From Vicugna vicugna (Eukaryota): a stretch of 64,000 bases of DNA. Below are positions 11,126 to 24,845 of this stretch, piece by piece (the first letter of the stretch is position 1; each line of letters opens with the position of its first letter). The stretch spans positions 5,372,344 through 5,436,343 of the forward strand of contig MU058844.1 of the NCBI GenBank assembly GCA_013265495.1, in the 5' to 3' direction. A model generated the notes under the pieces. The model searched no databases. It was not told the origin of the DNA and worked only from the letters and a program-made list of their open reading frames with translations. The position numbers and the translations under genes are program-made.

Positions 11126-14100
11126 ATCTGGAGAACAAGTATGGCCTGTATTATGTAACAACAACTTATTAAATATTATCTGATATAATAAAAGGATTTT
11201 TGAAAAGGAAGAGGAGGCTCATAATCCCAATCCTGCCTCACTTTTCCCATACTTACTTTGATGTGCTATTTAACCCCTTGTCCCTGAGACATTTTCTGAC
11301 CATGGCACATGCAGAGCCTAATTTCTATGCTGAAAGCACAGTAATATTTTACTGCAGTTTACTTTTACTGGAATATATGTATTCTGCAGAAGCATGAGGT
11401 CCTGGACTTTTTCTCTGACTCTTTATCTACATTTACAGGAGAATAAAAATGCCCATTGTACCTTCGTTGTAGCAACATATCACATGTTTGTAGGGTGGTA
11501 CTATTCTTTAAACTAAGCATTTTAGGATATATTTAGGCTGATTCCTTTTATTTTACTACATTTTCAAAACAAGTGTAGATTACTGCATTGAGATTTTTAT
11601 TGGCAGAAGCATTTACTGGTAATCAAATAACATTGGAAAACATGTTTTTAATCTATGCTCCAAAAAGGCTATATATGAATTTCTTCTTGTGTTTGTTTGT
11701 TTTCCTACCTTTAGAACAAGCCAAGGTGCAACTGTTTCATTAAGTAAAGTCCCTTTATCCTGGCCCTTTGAAAAGAGCACAATTACTGCTGATTTTTATG
11801 GTCAAAATTTTCAGCCTGTCTGTTACTGCAAGGTGGGGAAAAAGGCCTCGGTTCTTTGTCTTACCCAAGAGAAAAGAATTCAGATGGGAGAGTGAAAGTG
11901 TCGTATAAACGAAGTTTTATTAGACCAAAAGTTAGTAAAGTATATTCAGCTGCAGTTGGGATAAATCTTGTATGGAATCTCATCCACAGATGGATTCCAT
12001 TACAGAAATAAACAAGTACTTTGTTTCATTCTGTATGTTTGACCAGATTTATCCTGTTTTTTCAAGAAAATCTGGTGCAACTTGGCTCCTACAGTAAACT
12101 GTCAAACTGTGGAAAAATCCACACTGTACTGTCAATTTGCAATGCTTATGATTCAAAGGATATTTGTGGCAATTGTGATTTATTTTTCAATCACCTAAGA
12201 TTTAACAAAGAAACTATACCATGATTAATCTCAAAAAAAATTTAAGAGGTAATTCGTTTTTACAAATTTTGGTTGAACAGCAAAAGCATGTCATTTCTAA
12301 AGGTGTTATTAGGAGCAACAATAGCACAGCAGCTATTAAAGTGTGTACAGAGTGAATATTTTAAATTACAAAGGAAAAAAGGTAATACCTGAGGGAAAAC
12401 TAACACAGAAGCTCTACTGACATTTTGGGAGATGAGTTCCTAGATGTTAAATAGATGGAAGTGGTGTATAACATCTTTTCAGGGCTTTTATCTTGAAATT
12501 AAGCTACTCTTCAAATGCATGTCATCCTATTCAGTCCTTTTAACACAGGATAGTTTTAATACAGATTTTGTTTATCTCAATAATTAACTTGACAAAAATT
12601 AATTACTTGAAATAAAAATTGAACAGTGTTATAATAATGCCAGTGTTTCAAATGCTATCTCGGTTTTGGGAAATGACTTCTTACAGTTCTCAGCATCAAT
12701 TTAGGAAAATATGTTAGAATTAAACTCCTAATACTCACTTTTCAACTGTATTCTATTCAAAGTCAAACCTGTAGATCTGCCTTCTGCTAAGTAAGTTTTT
12801 TACTTCCTTTTTTACATAATTTCATTTTCTTAGTGATAGATAGCCTCTATGATTGCAAATTGCATCTGACATAAATTATGAAGATTTTTTCCCTTGTTTT
12901 CCTGTAAAACCAAGTTAGTCTTGTTTTAACTAAAGAAACTAATTTAATCATCAACAATTCGTTTTAAGTGCAGGATTATTCTATGACCAAAAAATCCACT
13001 TATAAGTTAATCATTCTTACTCTTTTATTGCAAGTATTTTATCATTAAATAACTCAATGTTGTAATAATGAAAGATAGATCTAAGATACAATGTTAAGAC
13101 AAAATATGTTAGAAAATAATGTCTTTAATAAATATAAATTATAGCCATAAATATAAATACATTTGAACATTATATAATAATGTTAAAATATGTTGGTATG
13201 TGCATGGTTGACATAAAATGCAGCAAACTGATAGTATTTCTTTCTTGAATGGGCTCATAGTCATAGACATTCATTTCTTATATCCTTTTATGTTATATAT
13301 GGCCAGAGAGGTTTTCTTTTGTTTTGTTTTTTTTTAATAAAACGTAGGGAAAAGGCCAGAAGCATGTAAATCCACATATTAAGAATGATTAACTCCTGGA
13401 GTTAGAATTACAGGCAACCTTAATTGTCTTCTACTTAATGTATTAATGAGTAAGAATTATCAATTTAGGCAATGCAAGATGGAATCGTATTAATGGACTA
13501 AAATTGAAAAAGTCCCTCATTTGTGATGCTTACAAAAACGTCTCATTCCTCATACACATTTTCTTTGTAAATGATACTATTAGTGTCTTTTTTTGACTTT
13601 TGGCTTTCCTTTGCCTCTTCAGTCATTTCCAGAAACATTTAAGATCTCTGATAGCTAATGGTAATGTCAGAGGACATTTTCTGGATCCAAGCCAATCATA
13701 ATGTCTTTAAGTAATGTTTATATGTACCAAGCTTGCCAGCTACTTACTAGTGCATAACAGAAGATAAATGTACACTACTATGAAGGCTAGAAGAAGGCAA
13801 GCCATCTAACTGCTAGCAACCTAATTTTTACATAGCTGTTTACAATTCTCATCATGTTATCACAATATGATTTATTAATCCTTCTGGCATTTTCCTCCTT
13901 GACAGCTTCTCAGCTGCTGTTACATCCTTCTTGGATGGGTGAGTACTCTATACTATTCTGAAACTGTGAGTCAATTTTATATATTGAGACTTTGTTTTAG
14001 GCACTTAGTCCACAAAAGTGGAACAACTTGGATTTAACCTTATCAAACATGAAAAATAGGATTTGAGGATTCAAGAAAAGTGAAATGAAGAAAAATGAAT

Positions 14101-17100
14101 TTGGAGATGTGATTGCAATGGAGCCTCTTAAATATTGTTAGCTCAGAGTAAGTTAAACTATAACTCACATTACAGTTTTTACAGGTAGGTGTTGGCATTT
14201 TACTCCAAATGGAAAATATACTTATAAAACAGCTGCATTCTTTCATGAATATTCAAATGGTTTGATTCAGGAATATTTTTGCTATAATATTTCAAATTTT
14301 ACACCTCTTTATCTGTATTTTTACATGTTCAAATTAATTACACATCATCAATAATTAGCTAAAACCCATCAATTCAAGATAGTATTTGTCTCTTTATTAT
14401 GTATCTATTGCATTTTTGTTAATTACTATCAAATTGGATTTGATAATACTCACATATTATGCATATTAAACACGATAAAGCAGAACAAAACTATTTGAAG
14501 GCTATGTGTGTGTACAGATCCACTTATTAACAATGACTAACTCTAGGAGGTAGATTATAGGCAATCTTAATTTTCTTACTTCATATATACCCAGATTAAT
14601 GATTTACTACAGCTAAGCGCTAAACAAGGTTGTGTTGCTAGAATCTATCACCAAAAAAAGAGATTTAAATTCTGCAGTTCCCTTTGTCTAGTAAAAGAAA
14701 TCAAGCATTTTGTTTAATGTGGACAGACTCATTTCTTCATATCAGTAAATCCAGAAGCAGTTCAGGAATATAAAATACATTAATTAGATTCATGTTGTCA
14801 ACTTACAAACTTACAAAGAAATTTTATTCAGATGAGTAATTTATAATTTTGGATATTTTCTGATATGCTACTTAAAAATTGACATCCTATCTTAGTTTTG
14901 TTTTAAGTTAGTGTCTTAAGTTAATGAAAATTTTGCTTTAGAAAGTAAAGATAATATAGTATCATATTACTTCCTCATGATCTACTTTGACACAGTTTAA
15001 TATTTTAGAAGGAAGGTACATTTGTATTATGAGATGATCTCAAATTTCAGGTGTTTCAAACTGTCTTTTGTCAAGTGGTAAATGATGTTTCTTTCATGGT
15101 TGTTTGAAATTTTGAGATGAACAACTAAATCAGTGTATTAATTGGTATTGATTAGAGAAAAATCCATGTTCTTTAGTTATTGACATTCTTCTGTGAAAGT
15201 ATTGGGTGATTATGTGTTCTCAACTATTCAGATGTTTTCTATCATATTTATTCTTAGAAGTAAAACAAAGAATTAATTTCTAAACAAGTGGGAAAAATGC
15301 AAACATTTTGTATATTTCATACACCTGATGCAACTTAGAATCTGTTTTAACCTTGGAAGGAAGATGACAGACTTCTTCACCACCTTATTAGAGAGTCATA
15401 ATGTTTGTCTAAAATATTTTAGACACAAATGTGGCAGTTGCATGGGGGTACACAGGGTAAGAAGGGAGTGCTGGTGATTTTAGTCTCTATGTCTATTCAG
15501 TTTCTTGTGGAGTCTGTGATCTGATCTAGTCTAATTCAAAATTGTTGCTACTTATACCCTAATTGTTTAAGTTCCCAGAAATTCAGAGAATTACTAAGTG
15601 ACCAATAGAGAACCAGTTCAATAATGATTAATTTTAACATAGCTTCTTGTTCATTACAAAGGGGAAAGAAAAGAAAAATATGATAAATTCTAGACTTTTA
15701 AGAGGTAGATTTCTCTGTTTCAATCTCATCTGTATAAGAAAGTTCTTAATAATGTCACAAGATTCAAAAAAGTTGACTATTAGGTCACTAGTCTTCATTA
15801 ATGACTATCAGAGATCTTTTTAAAGTCAGTGTTTATTTCTAAATTTTCAGTAATTTAAAAATTATTTATATTAATGTTATTAAAGTGACATTTCACCAAG
15901 AGCAACTCTATTTCCCCAATTACCACATTTTCATATTTTCTTTCTGAAATCACATAAATGAATTAACTATTTTGTGACTTGTTACTGCGTGCATGGTGGA
16001 AAAGTATGGGCCATTATTGGTTAATAGTTTGATACACATATATAAGTCTATGTATAAAATTTATGTATAAAATTCCTGCTTAGACACACCTAATAAGGTC
16101 TTAGACCAGAGAAAGTGGAGGCCTCAAAAAATAGCTCTGTAAGTGATAGTAACATTTTTAAAGTATTGGATTACCTGTTTTTGAAACACTTATTAATAAG
16201 GACTAATTTCAGAATAGTATTATGGTATCTATAATTCTGTCAAAATTCAACTACATAAAGCTTCCAATTTGGGGACGCTCAGCAGTGTCGAAGAGGCCCT
16301 AAAGTTTGTTGCATTTCACACTTCATACATCATGAATTCACAATTTTAAAAGAATGATTACCTGTTATGTGCTAATTTTCCATTAACCATTTTCAATTGT
16401 ATTTAATGTCAAAGTATATTTTTAATCATAATGGAAATATTTCATATTTATAAAAATCATATGTATGGTGAAAAATCTATGAAATTTTATTTTTATTGAG
16501 GCTGAATTTTTTCAGCATGTTACAAATATCAGATTTATAATGCATGTGTATTGTGTAGCACGAGTACACATCCAGATAAGGGAAAAATTTATGTATACTT
16601 ACATAGAAGCTTCACTTCCTTAAAACCCCAAAGCTCTTTGACTCTCTTTTGCTTTCCTCTTTAATTTTTGTCTAAACCATTTAAGCCATACACATATACA
16701 ATTCACAAACATGCAATTTCAGAAATATTTTCAGAGATACAAAGTTTAATTGCGTATTTTTTACATACCAATAAACTATATTGTAGTTGTTAATATTTTA
16801 TTTTTCAAACCTCTAGATAATTTAAAAAGATTGTAATAGTATTTTTAAGTATTTAATTCTGAATTTCTAAAAAAATTCATTGATAAACCTGGCAACATTA
16901 GTTTTTTGATATTCTTAAAATTCAAAGAATAGTAAGATCTAATTTTCTTGGTCAATTGTTATATATATTACTGAATAAACATTGTGTGATGGGATTATCA
17001 AGTGTCTAAAATTGTTGTATAAACTTGGGACATGAATTCACCCTCACTGCAGTATATATGTCTCCATATTCTTCTCAAGAGGCAGGAAGACCTGCTTATT

Positions 17101-17270
17101 ATAAGTATAGATAGGAGTATGATGGAAACATGTTTTCTGTGTGAAAACCATATCTCTTCCACTAAAATAAGCCAGTTGATTCCATGTATATTAATTGGTG
17201 GGGACCCAGATCCCACCCCACCAGAATAAGAGACATATGATTCAGGTCTCATATACAATTAAAGTTCACT

Positions 17271-17600
17271 TATCAGGATAAGGAAGATCCAGACCAAGGA
17301 AGGCATCTCCCTGACCAGCAGACACTCATCTTTGCAGGCACACAGCTAGAAGATGGATGTCCTCTTTCTGATTAAAACATCTAGAAAGAGTCAACTTTGT
17401 ACCTGGTCCTGTCTGAGGGGAGGTTGTTAGTTCTTCCATCTTGCATTCATAGTGTGCAATGATGGTATTACTCTGCACTCTAGCCAGCTACCCCAATTTA
17501 AGTTTAGAAATTACCAGTTTCGATAATAGCTGAACTTGTTCAAAATGTTAATAAAAGTTTTGTTGTATGGTAAAAAAAGAAAAAAGAACAAAACCAAAAA
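17271..17600 (+). pseudogene. UBB: Processed, 5'-truncated pseudogene of polyubiquitin B: part of the last monomer, 3'UTR and poly(A)
   Basis: Decayed ubiquitin ...KEGI..DQQTLIFAGTQLEDGCPLSD*NI*KESTLYLVL/LRGGC* (stop at 17428-17430; extra Cys as in UBB). It is followed by a UBB-like 3'UTR (ttactctgcactctagcc...ttaagtttagaaattac...aatagctgaac), AATAAA at 17550-17555 and an A-rich tail from 17572. Two premature stops and frameshifts. Confidence 0.92.
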
Positions 17601-18944
17601 CTTGTCTGTTGTTCAGACAAGTTGGTTCAGGAGTGTGTGAATAACCTAAATCAGGTCACTGCTTTTGTCCCTCTTTGCCACTCAGTGAACAGAGTAAAGC
17701 AAAGCTAAGAAATGAATAGAAACAGAGTCCCTATATAATGGTGTGTGACTTCAGATCTTTTCAGTAACATCTGCCAATATATTCACTTTTTTGAAAAATG
17801 CATTATTATTTTGAGATTGATTCTTGATAAATCCACTAAAAATGTTAACTTGGTGTGATACAATATTTCAGGACTTCCAGGTCATTCTCTGAGGTAGCCT
17901 TGATAATACTATGTTGGCTGAATCCAAATATTGTGTAACCAAGATCTAGTCTTTCCATAAAGTTTGTTAAATTAGGGGAAATGAGGTATTTAGATACATA
18001 TTTTTACAAACATGTAAAATATCTCTATGTGTGTGCATGTGTTTAACATTTCAGAAGATAAGTTAATTCCTAGGAAAAGACCCTATAACAATTATAACCC
18101 TATAATTGGAAGTTTTCAATTTTTGTTGCCATGTGGAGAATAGACCTCAACTTCTGACATTTAACCATTGTAAGGCCCCAGTCTGTTTTTCATTATCTTT
18201 TAGGATCTTCAGAACAGCTGCATATATGACCTGCAGCAATGCTAGTTTCCCCTCTCATTCTATAGCCTGCTTGTCTCCTGCTATGCATAGCTAACAATGC
18301 CCTCCCTCCTGCTGTCATCCTCATTTCTCTAGTTCTTGAGATCACTGATGGGAGAAGAGAACCATTACTAAAGACGTCTACAGAGTGCTAAAGTGCTGAT
18401 CCATCCATAAGATTCTTCTGTTTACTGTCCTTGTTATTTATGTTGATATTTGCTTAACCTAGGATGTATGCTTTTAATATATGGGGTGATTTAGAAAGAC
18501 CATGGAAGTCAGTTTTATCCACAGTTCTTGCTGTCATTGAATGACATGAGATTAATAATATCTGAGCTAATGTTTCCACATTAAATACTATAACATCTTT
18601 CGATCTACTCTTTTAAAATACACAATAGAAGATGCCACTGAAGCATGGTATGCTGCATATTACCAGTAGGATGAATTTGCACAACTGAGGATATAGTTTG
18701 AATGCTCTAGAAAGCCCCATTTTTTTTGGATCAATTTTACGTTATCAAATACCATGTAGTCACTTTAAGAAAAAACAATCCCAATTTGGTGAAATTTAAA
18801 TGACTCATCCCATATAATAATCAAATGCTGAACCTAATGTAAAGTTAAGTTCACAGGTCTTCAGATTGAGAGAAATAGTACTAAAGGAGCTGTACTGAAG
18901 GAACAGCATTCAAAGAGCCTCATCCGTACTTGAACCTGATTTAG

Positions 18945-19610
18945 ACAAGAAGGTGCTGAAACTTGGACCTGAGTGCGATGCTGTAATATATGAGAGATTT
19001 TGGGGTCTTGGGAGTGAATGCATGTGTTTTACTTGCAAAAAGAATGTAAATACTTTGTGGCCAGAATGTGGACTATGCCTGCAAGTTCTTTGACACTCAT
19101 CAGTTCAAGAGATGGAGACCTATGTCAATTCTCCTTGAACATGAACAGTACTTTATGACTGCCTTGTGAAACAGAATGCAATAGAAAGAATGCTATGCGA
19201 CTTCAGATAAAAATCCACCCAGCTTCCTCTGGTCTTTCTTGGGGCATTTGCTCTGGAAGACCATCAGCCACAATATAAAAAACCTAGCTCCCTTGAGGCT
19301 ACCATGTAGAGATATCAGGTGGAGAAACCATATGTAGATGGAAGAGATACCCAAGAACCTCCAACTGTTCTGACACTCGGTGTTTGAGTCTTTCCAGCTC
19401 AGGTACTAATGATGCAAGTGATGAAGTCTTCAAGATAACCCTATTCCTGATGTCAGACACTATGCAACTGCAACTGCATGAGAGACACAAGTCAGGCGAG
19501 AACTGACTAGCTGAGCCCACTTGAGTGCTGGATTCATGAACAAAATAAGTGATGCTGTTGCTTTAGGCCACTATTTTGGGCTGTTACACAGCAATAAATG
19601 ACCAGAACTA
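18945..19610 (+). mobile_element. MaLR element: end of MLT1 internal region plus MLT1-type LTR
   Basis: gatgctgtaat...ttttggggtcttggg...gtggccagaatgtggactat (internal end/PPT region), then aagttctttgacactc... ending ttgggctgttacacagcaataaatgaccagaac. Confidence 0.65.
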
Positions 19611-19707
19611 TAAACTACAAAAATTGAGAGCTATTTTTTTTTAGAAAATACATTAAAAATGAACCCATTGCAGAATTTATTTTTTTTACCATGTTTTATG
19701 GTTTAGA

Positions 19708-19925
19708 TCAAGATTCCTGATAGGAGCACTATGGACATTTGGGGCCAGATAATTTTTATTGTGTGGGGCTCCTCTTTGTGTTGTTGAATGTTTAGCAGCA
19801 TTTCCACCTTTCCCACTAGACACCAGTGGCACATAATCCTCCTAGCTGTGACTACCAAAAAGGTCTCCAGACATTTTCCAAATGTCCTGTGAAGGCAAAA
19901 ATCACTCCTGATTGAGAATCAGTGG
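19708..19925 (-). mobile_element. MER20 (hAT-Charlie) DNA transposon
   Basis: gcactatggacatttggggccagataattt...tgtttagcagcat...cccactaga...gtctccagacattttccaaatgtcc...gattgagaatcagtg matches the MER20 reverse complement. Confidence 0.8.
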
Positions 19926-22148
19926 CTTAGATAAAATTTAAGGAAAAAATGGTAGGAGAAAAAAAAATCCTGAGAAAGAAAAAGAGTGTGAAACAATAAA
20001 ATAAATAACCAAGAATTTATATCAAATTTCCTAATAATGAACTATAAAGTAGAGACACTATTAAAGTAAGCATGTTCTAACACTAGATGTTCTGTTTGTA
20101 AAATCATCAAAATGTCCATGCTTATCCACACTTTTGTAAATATGTAGAATCAGAGTTCCATTGAGTTATGGGGTTATTGAGGTTCACCTTGACTAATTGT
20201 TTTATTTGTTCCTGGCACTTTGTATCTCTTATTTCATGCTTCAGCTGATTTTTCATGTTCTTTTCTATTGTTTCAAAAGAAATACTTTTAGAGATTAGTG
20301 GCCTTCCCAAGAGATGAGTTTTGTACTGCAGATAACCTCATAATTTAGCATTTTGAGCTTTTAAAAATACCTATCAAGAAACAATTGCTAATTGAGACTA
20401 ATGTGATATACTGTGCATTTCTGACAGCATAATCTGCATCTTCAAATTTTGGTGATAATAATTGCATGGCAACTTATAATTCAGAAAGGAAACACTATCA
20501 GAATTTTTAGTCATGAAAAAGGAACAAAAGAGTTGGAATTCAGAGTGAGAGGACATTAGATTTTATTCAGAATCCTTGTTTTCTCCTTCAGTATGAATAT
20601 TTTAAACTATTGACATTACACTTCTGATTTTTCACTTTTGGAGAGCCCATATTCTTATATAAGCCATTGAAGAATGGGCTATATGTAGTTTGTTGTACTT
20701 TGTTAAATTTGTTTCAAACTTTTCTTTTTGAACTGGAGTTATTGTGATAATTATAATTACCAGTTTTGTTTTTTATTTTTTAATTGTTTAATAGTCCAGA
20801 AGAGGTTGATTGGCCAAGAAGAGAGTGAATGAGTTGATTTTGTTTCCATCCTGGGGCCAATAATGGTGCTATTACTTCCTAACAATTCTGTTTCAAATGC
20901 TGGTTGTCATAAGCAGTAAGAAACCATGAGAGAATTAGTGCAGATTCATCTTTACAATTGGCCAGTGAAAATCTATCACCAGAACAATGAAGACAGCTTA
21001 GAGTGTAGCATCTACTGCTAGAGGTGAGAACCATTAACATGTTTAATGGGCAAGCATTCCTCCATGCTCTCAGTACACTATCATGTTGTTTCTACTGGAA
21101 GTCTAGGTAAGTTAGTGCCTCATCGTATTCTAGACTTAACTTTCAAATATACAAGACATTATCTTTCTCTTGGTAATTGGCATGTCACTTTTACAAGGCA
21201 TATATCTGTCATAACTCGACAGCTACCACTTATCAGAGGAATAGGACACCAATCACACAGAGCATTCAAATAGATTAAACCAATTTTCTCCTTTTACAAC
21301 CTTTACATAGTGCAATGACATATAAATTGATCTGTAAACTATTCATGACTTCTAGATGGGTTTACCTCTTTCATTTTTTAGGAAGTAAAGAATTGTAAAG
21401 CTGAATAGATCTGGCATGCCAGTACATTAGCCCTCCTATAACAGATTTTCATTTTAATGTTACTCTTTTTTTTTTTTTTGCAAGGGCAAGATGCTAAATG
21501 AGATGAGATAATTTACATTTTGTCACATTTGCTTTCAAAGATTAATGTACACCAACATGAGGAATCAAAAATACAATATTAGGTAGAGCCCACTTTTGAA
21601 GCAAAGGCAGTAAGTTACTGTTTAAAAGCAAAATTAGATGGCATGTTGTTTATCAAAATGGTTTCTTATCATTTATTCAAAATAAATAGAGGAGTTAATA
21701 CCTGAAAGCCTATGTTTGGAAATGTGGCAGATTTGAGAGTGAAATCTGGATCTCAGATTTATGGTTCTGTGATATTAATTTACTTCTCCAGTGCTTTCAT
21801 GTTCACACATACCCCAGAAAAGAACAAGGTCAGCTCTTTAAAAGGTTTTATGCATGGATGAACATCTCTAAATCAATTAAAATGTTATTGTTATTAATAT
21901 TGTTATACTTTTTCAAATAAAGGATCAATTTAGAAATTATATATAATTCTACAAGGTTTAACTCATGATAGGATAAATTTTCATGTGACTTACGGTGGAA
22001 TTCTTACAACTTCACAGTTATTTCACAAACATGTCATATGATAGGAAGCAGTCTTAATACTGATGATTTTTGGTTCCCTTTTGCTTGTAGCTATCTTATT
22101 CTAACTCATATCTATCACTTTAATAGATTTGCAAATGGTGCCTTTCTC

Positions 22149-22884
22149 AAATATATATATATATATTTATTGAAGAATAGTCAGTTAATGTTGTGTCAAT
22201 TTCTAGTGTACAGCATAATGCTTCAGTCATACATGAACATACATATCTTTGTTTTCATATTCTGTTTCACCATAAGTTACTCCAAGATACTGAATATAGT
22301 GCTATACAGTATGAACTTGTGTTTTATTTATTTAATGAATATTAGGTAGTATCTGCAAGTCTTGAACTCCCAATTTATCCCTTCCTACCCCTTTTCCCCT
22401 CTGGTAATCATGTTTGTTTTCTGTGTCTGTGAGTCTGTTTCTGTTCTTTAAATAAGTTTTTTGTCTCTCTCTCTTTTTTTTATTCCACATATAAATGATA
22501 CCATATGGTATTTTTCCCTTTCTGGCTTACTTCACTTAGAATGACAGTCTCCAGGTCCATCCATGTTGCTTCAAATGGCAGTATTTTATTCTTTTTTATG
22601 GTTGAGTAGTATACCATTGTATAAATATACCACAACTTCTTTATGCAGTCATCTGTTGATGGACATTTATGTTGTTTTCCATGTCTTGACTATTGTAAAT
22701 AGTGCTGCTATGAACATTAGGGTGCATGTATATTTTTGAATTAAGATTCCCTATGGATATATACCCAGGAGTGGGATTGCTGGATCATATGGTAACTCTA
22801 TTTTTAGTCTTTTGAGGAATCTCCATACTGTTTTCCATGATTCTGTACCAAACTACATTTCCACCAGCAGTGTAGGAGGGTTCA
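22149..22884 (-). mobile_element. 5'-truncated LINE-1 (3'UTR plus extreme ORF2 end) with TSD and (TA)n tail
   Basis: Typical L1 3' sequence (tctggcttacttcacttagaatgac...aatagtgctgctatgaacatt...aggaatctccatactg). TSD caaatg(g/t)tgcctttctc at 22132-22148 and 22885-22901 (16/17 identical). Confidence 0.9.
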
Positions 22885-22901
22885 CAAATGTTGCCTTTCT
22901 C

Positions 22902-22980
22902 TTTCTCCTTCCTTTTCTTCTCTCCTTCTTTCCTCCCTTTCTCCCTCCCTCCCTGCATTCCTTCCCACTTTACTCTCTTC
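22902..22980. repeat. Polypyrimidine (CT-rich) low-complexity tract
   Basis: Direct observation. Confidence 0.8.
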
Positions 22981-23859
22981 CATTCACTCACTCTTCTGTG
23001 TATTTACTGAGGATTTAATGTGTGTCAGGTACAGAGATAGACAGTGCAGACATGCAACTGAGAACTTTGGAGCACTTGTTCCCATGGTACAACCCCTCTA
23101 ATAGAAGCAGGAAAGTCATGTCAAAGAAGAAGAATTAAATGCTAACCTGTGTTATGGCAAAAACAACAACAACAAACTCACAAAGGAGCAAGACATTTAT
23201 TATGTGTTTTCCTTCTGTATTTATTTCATTCCCCAACTTGTTTACACCTGGAATATATATCATTGCTCCATTCAGTGTATGTCTATCAGGTTTTTTTTTT
23301 CTAACAGAAATTTAGTTCTGTTGCTCCAAATATGAAATTTCTATGTTGCTCATAGTGAATTACAGATACACTGCAGCCTTCTCACTATGAGTGTCTTCCA
23401 TAGTCTACTTCTCCATAACTGTCTGAAGTTGTTTTGTATGACAAAAAGATCATTGTTTTTATTTATTTCTGTTTGGCTTTTATTTTGTTTCCACCTACCA
23501 TCATAGATCACAGTATATCATGGTATTTTTGACAAAGTAGGGCTCAATACCTTAGCAGATCAATCAATAATGATGAAATGATTGAACAAACAGATGACTG
23601 ATGGACTGAATGATTGGCTGACTGAGTGAGAACCATATGGCTATTTTTCTTGGTGTTCTCTCTAACTTGAATTTCTTTTCTCTCCTTCCTCTTCCTTTAT
23701 CTGTGAATATATCCCAGGCTTCAATTTCCTGCTATTTCACCCTCCTTTGATCAATTCAGTTGATATCACCTTTCCATTAAGTTATTCTTTATGTTAAACA
23801 GGTTTCTGTTAAATCCTTTTTGAGTACCTACAACAATGTTTCCTTGTATCATTTCTGTG

Positions 23860-24210
23860 CCCTCTCAGATTACTAACATGTACAGAAAAATTATGAAAAT
23901 ATATAATTTTCAAGTAGGATTTGCATTAAGAATGTAGGAATATTTCAATATTAAAAAAGATATTTATTTCAGTACATTGACTGATTAAAGAAAAGCTCTA
24001 TAATCATGTCTATAGATGCCAAAAGATATTTGTCAAATTCAACACACATTGCCAAATAAGAGCATCTTAGTAGATTGGAAGAAATACATTTTCTTAAACC
24101 TATAAGGAGAATATATCAAAAACAAACATCATACTTAATGCTGAAAAATTAGAAGCATTTCTAATGAAATGAGAACCTGAACAAACACCAGTTTTCACCT
24201 CTTAAAAATC
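23860..24210 (+). mobile_element. Ancient L1 (L1M) ORF2 RT remnant
   Basis: caagtaggattt...ataatcatgtctatagatgccaaaagatatttgtcaaattcaacac...catacttaatgctgaaaaattagaagcatttc is a degenerate [25 protein letters not shown] region; compare the young L1 at ~6000-6350. Confidence 0.7.
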
Positions 24211-24482
24211 ATGGCGTAATTTGATAAACCCATTTCAACAGCAATGATCAATAAAAATTATGGCATAATTTGCTAAATCTGTTTCTTTGAGTGATTATCA
24301 AGTAAATTTTATAGTATAAAGAAATCTTACATATGTGAATACAAGACTACAATACTAATTCAGTTACATTGATATAATACAATCAAACATAGTCATTGAA
24401 AATGAGTCATATATTTGGAAAAATGTCATAGTCATAAAATCAAATGGTAGAAAAATACATGTTATATTATTGAATTTGGGAA

Positions 24483-24845
24483 ATATATATACACACACAT
24501 ACATATACATATATATATTTACATATATATATGTTTACCTATGTATATATATCTTTTACATGTATGCTTAATACTTTGTACATGAGCTAGATTCACATGA
24601 AAGATGTCCATGTTATGTTACATGAATAAAGGAAGTTAAAGAATTCTGTAGTATATGTATGTTTGCATATTAGCTTTTGCTTCACAGAATTATCTATTGC
24701 ATACCATCATCAATATTTTGATGAAACTATCCTTTCCTAAAGCATAGAGTCTTCCAAAAATATATCCAAAACATGTAGATATATCTTTCTATGTACATAT
24801 ATATGTGTATATGTATGTGTATGTGTGTGTGTATATATATATACA
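24483..24845. repeat. Two (TA/CA/TG)n low-complexity tracts
   Basis: Tracts at ~24483-24555 and ~24790-24846. Confidence 0.8.

Noticed and set aside
12770..13660. Possible small exons (donor-like aa|gtaagt ~12790; acceptor ttcag ~13622 with g|gtaatg ~13660)
   Set aside because: Isolated splice-like words; the translations match nothing I recognise and cannot be chained into a gene.
15406..15425. Perfect 20-bp palindrome tgtctaaaatattttagaca
   Set aside because: Very AT-rich; one such palindrome is not surprising in 64 kb of this composition.
16255..16350. Protein-like frame ASNLGTLSSVEEALKFVAFH with two CpGs
   Set aside because: No good splice acceptor or donor and no recognisable homology.
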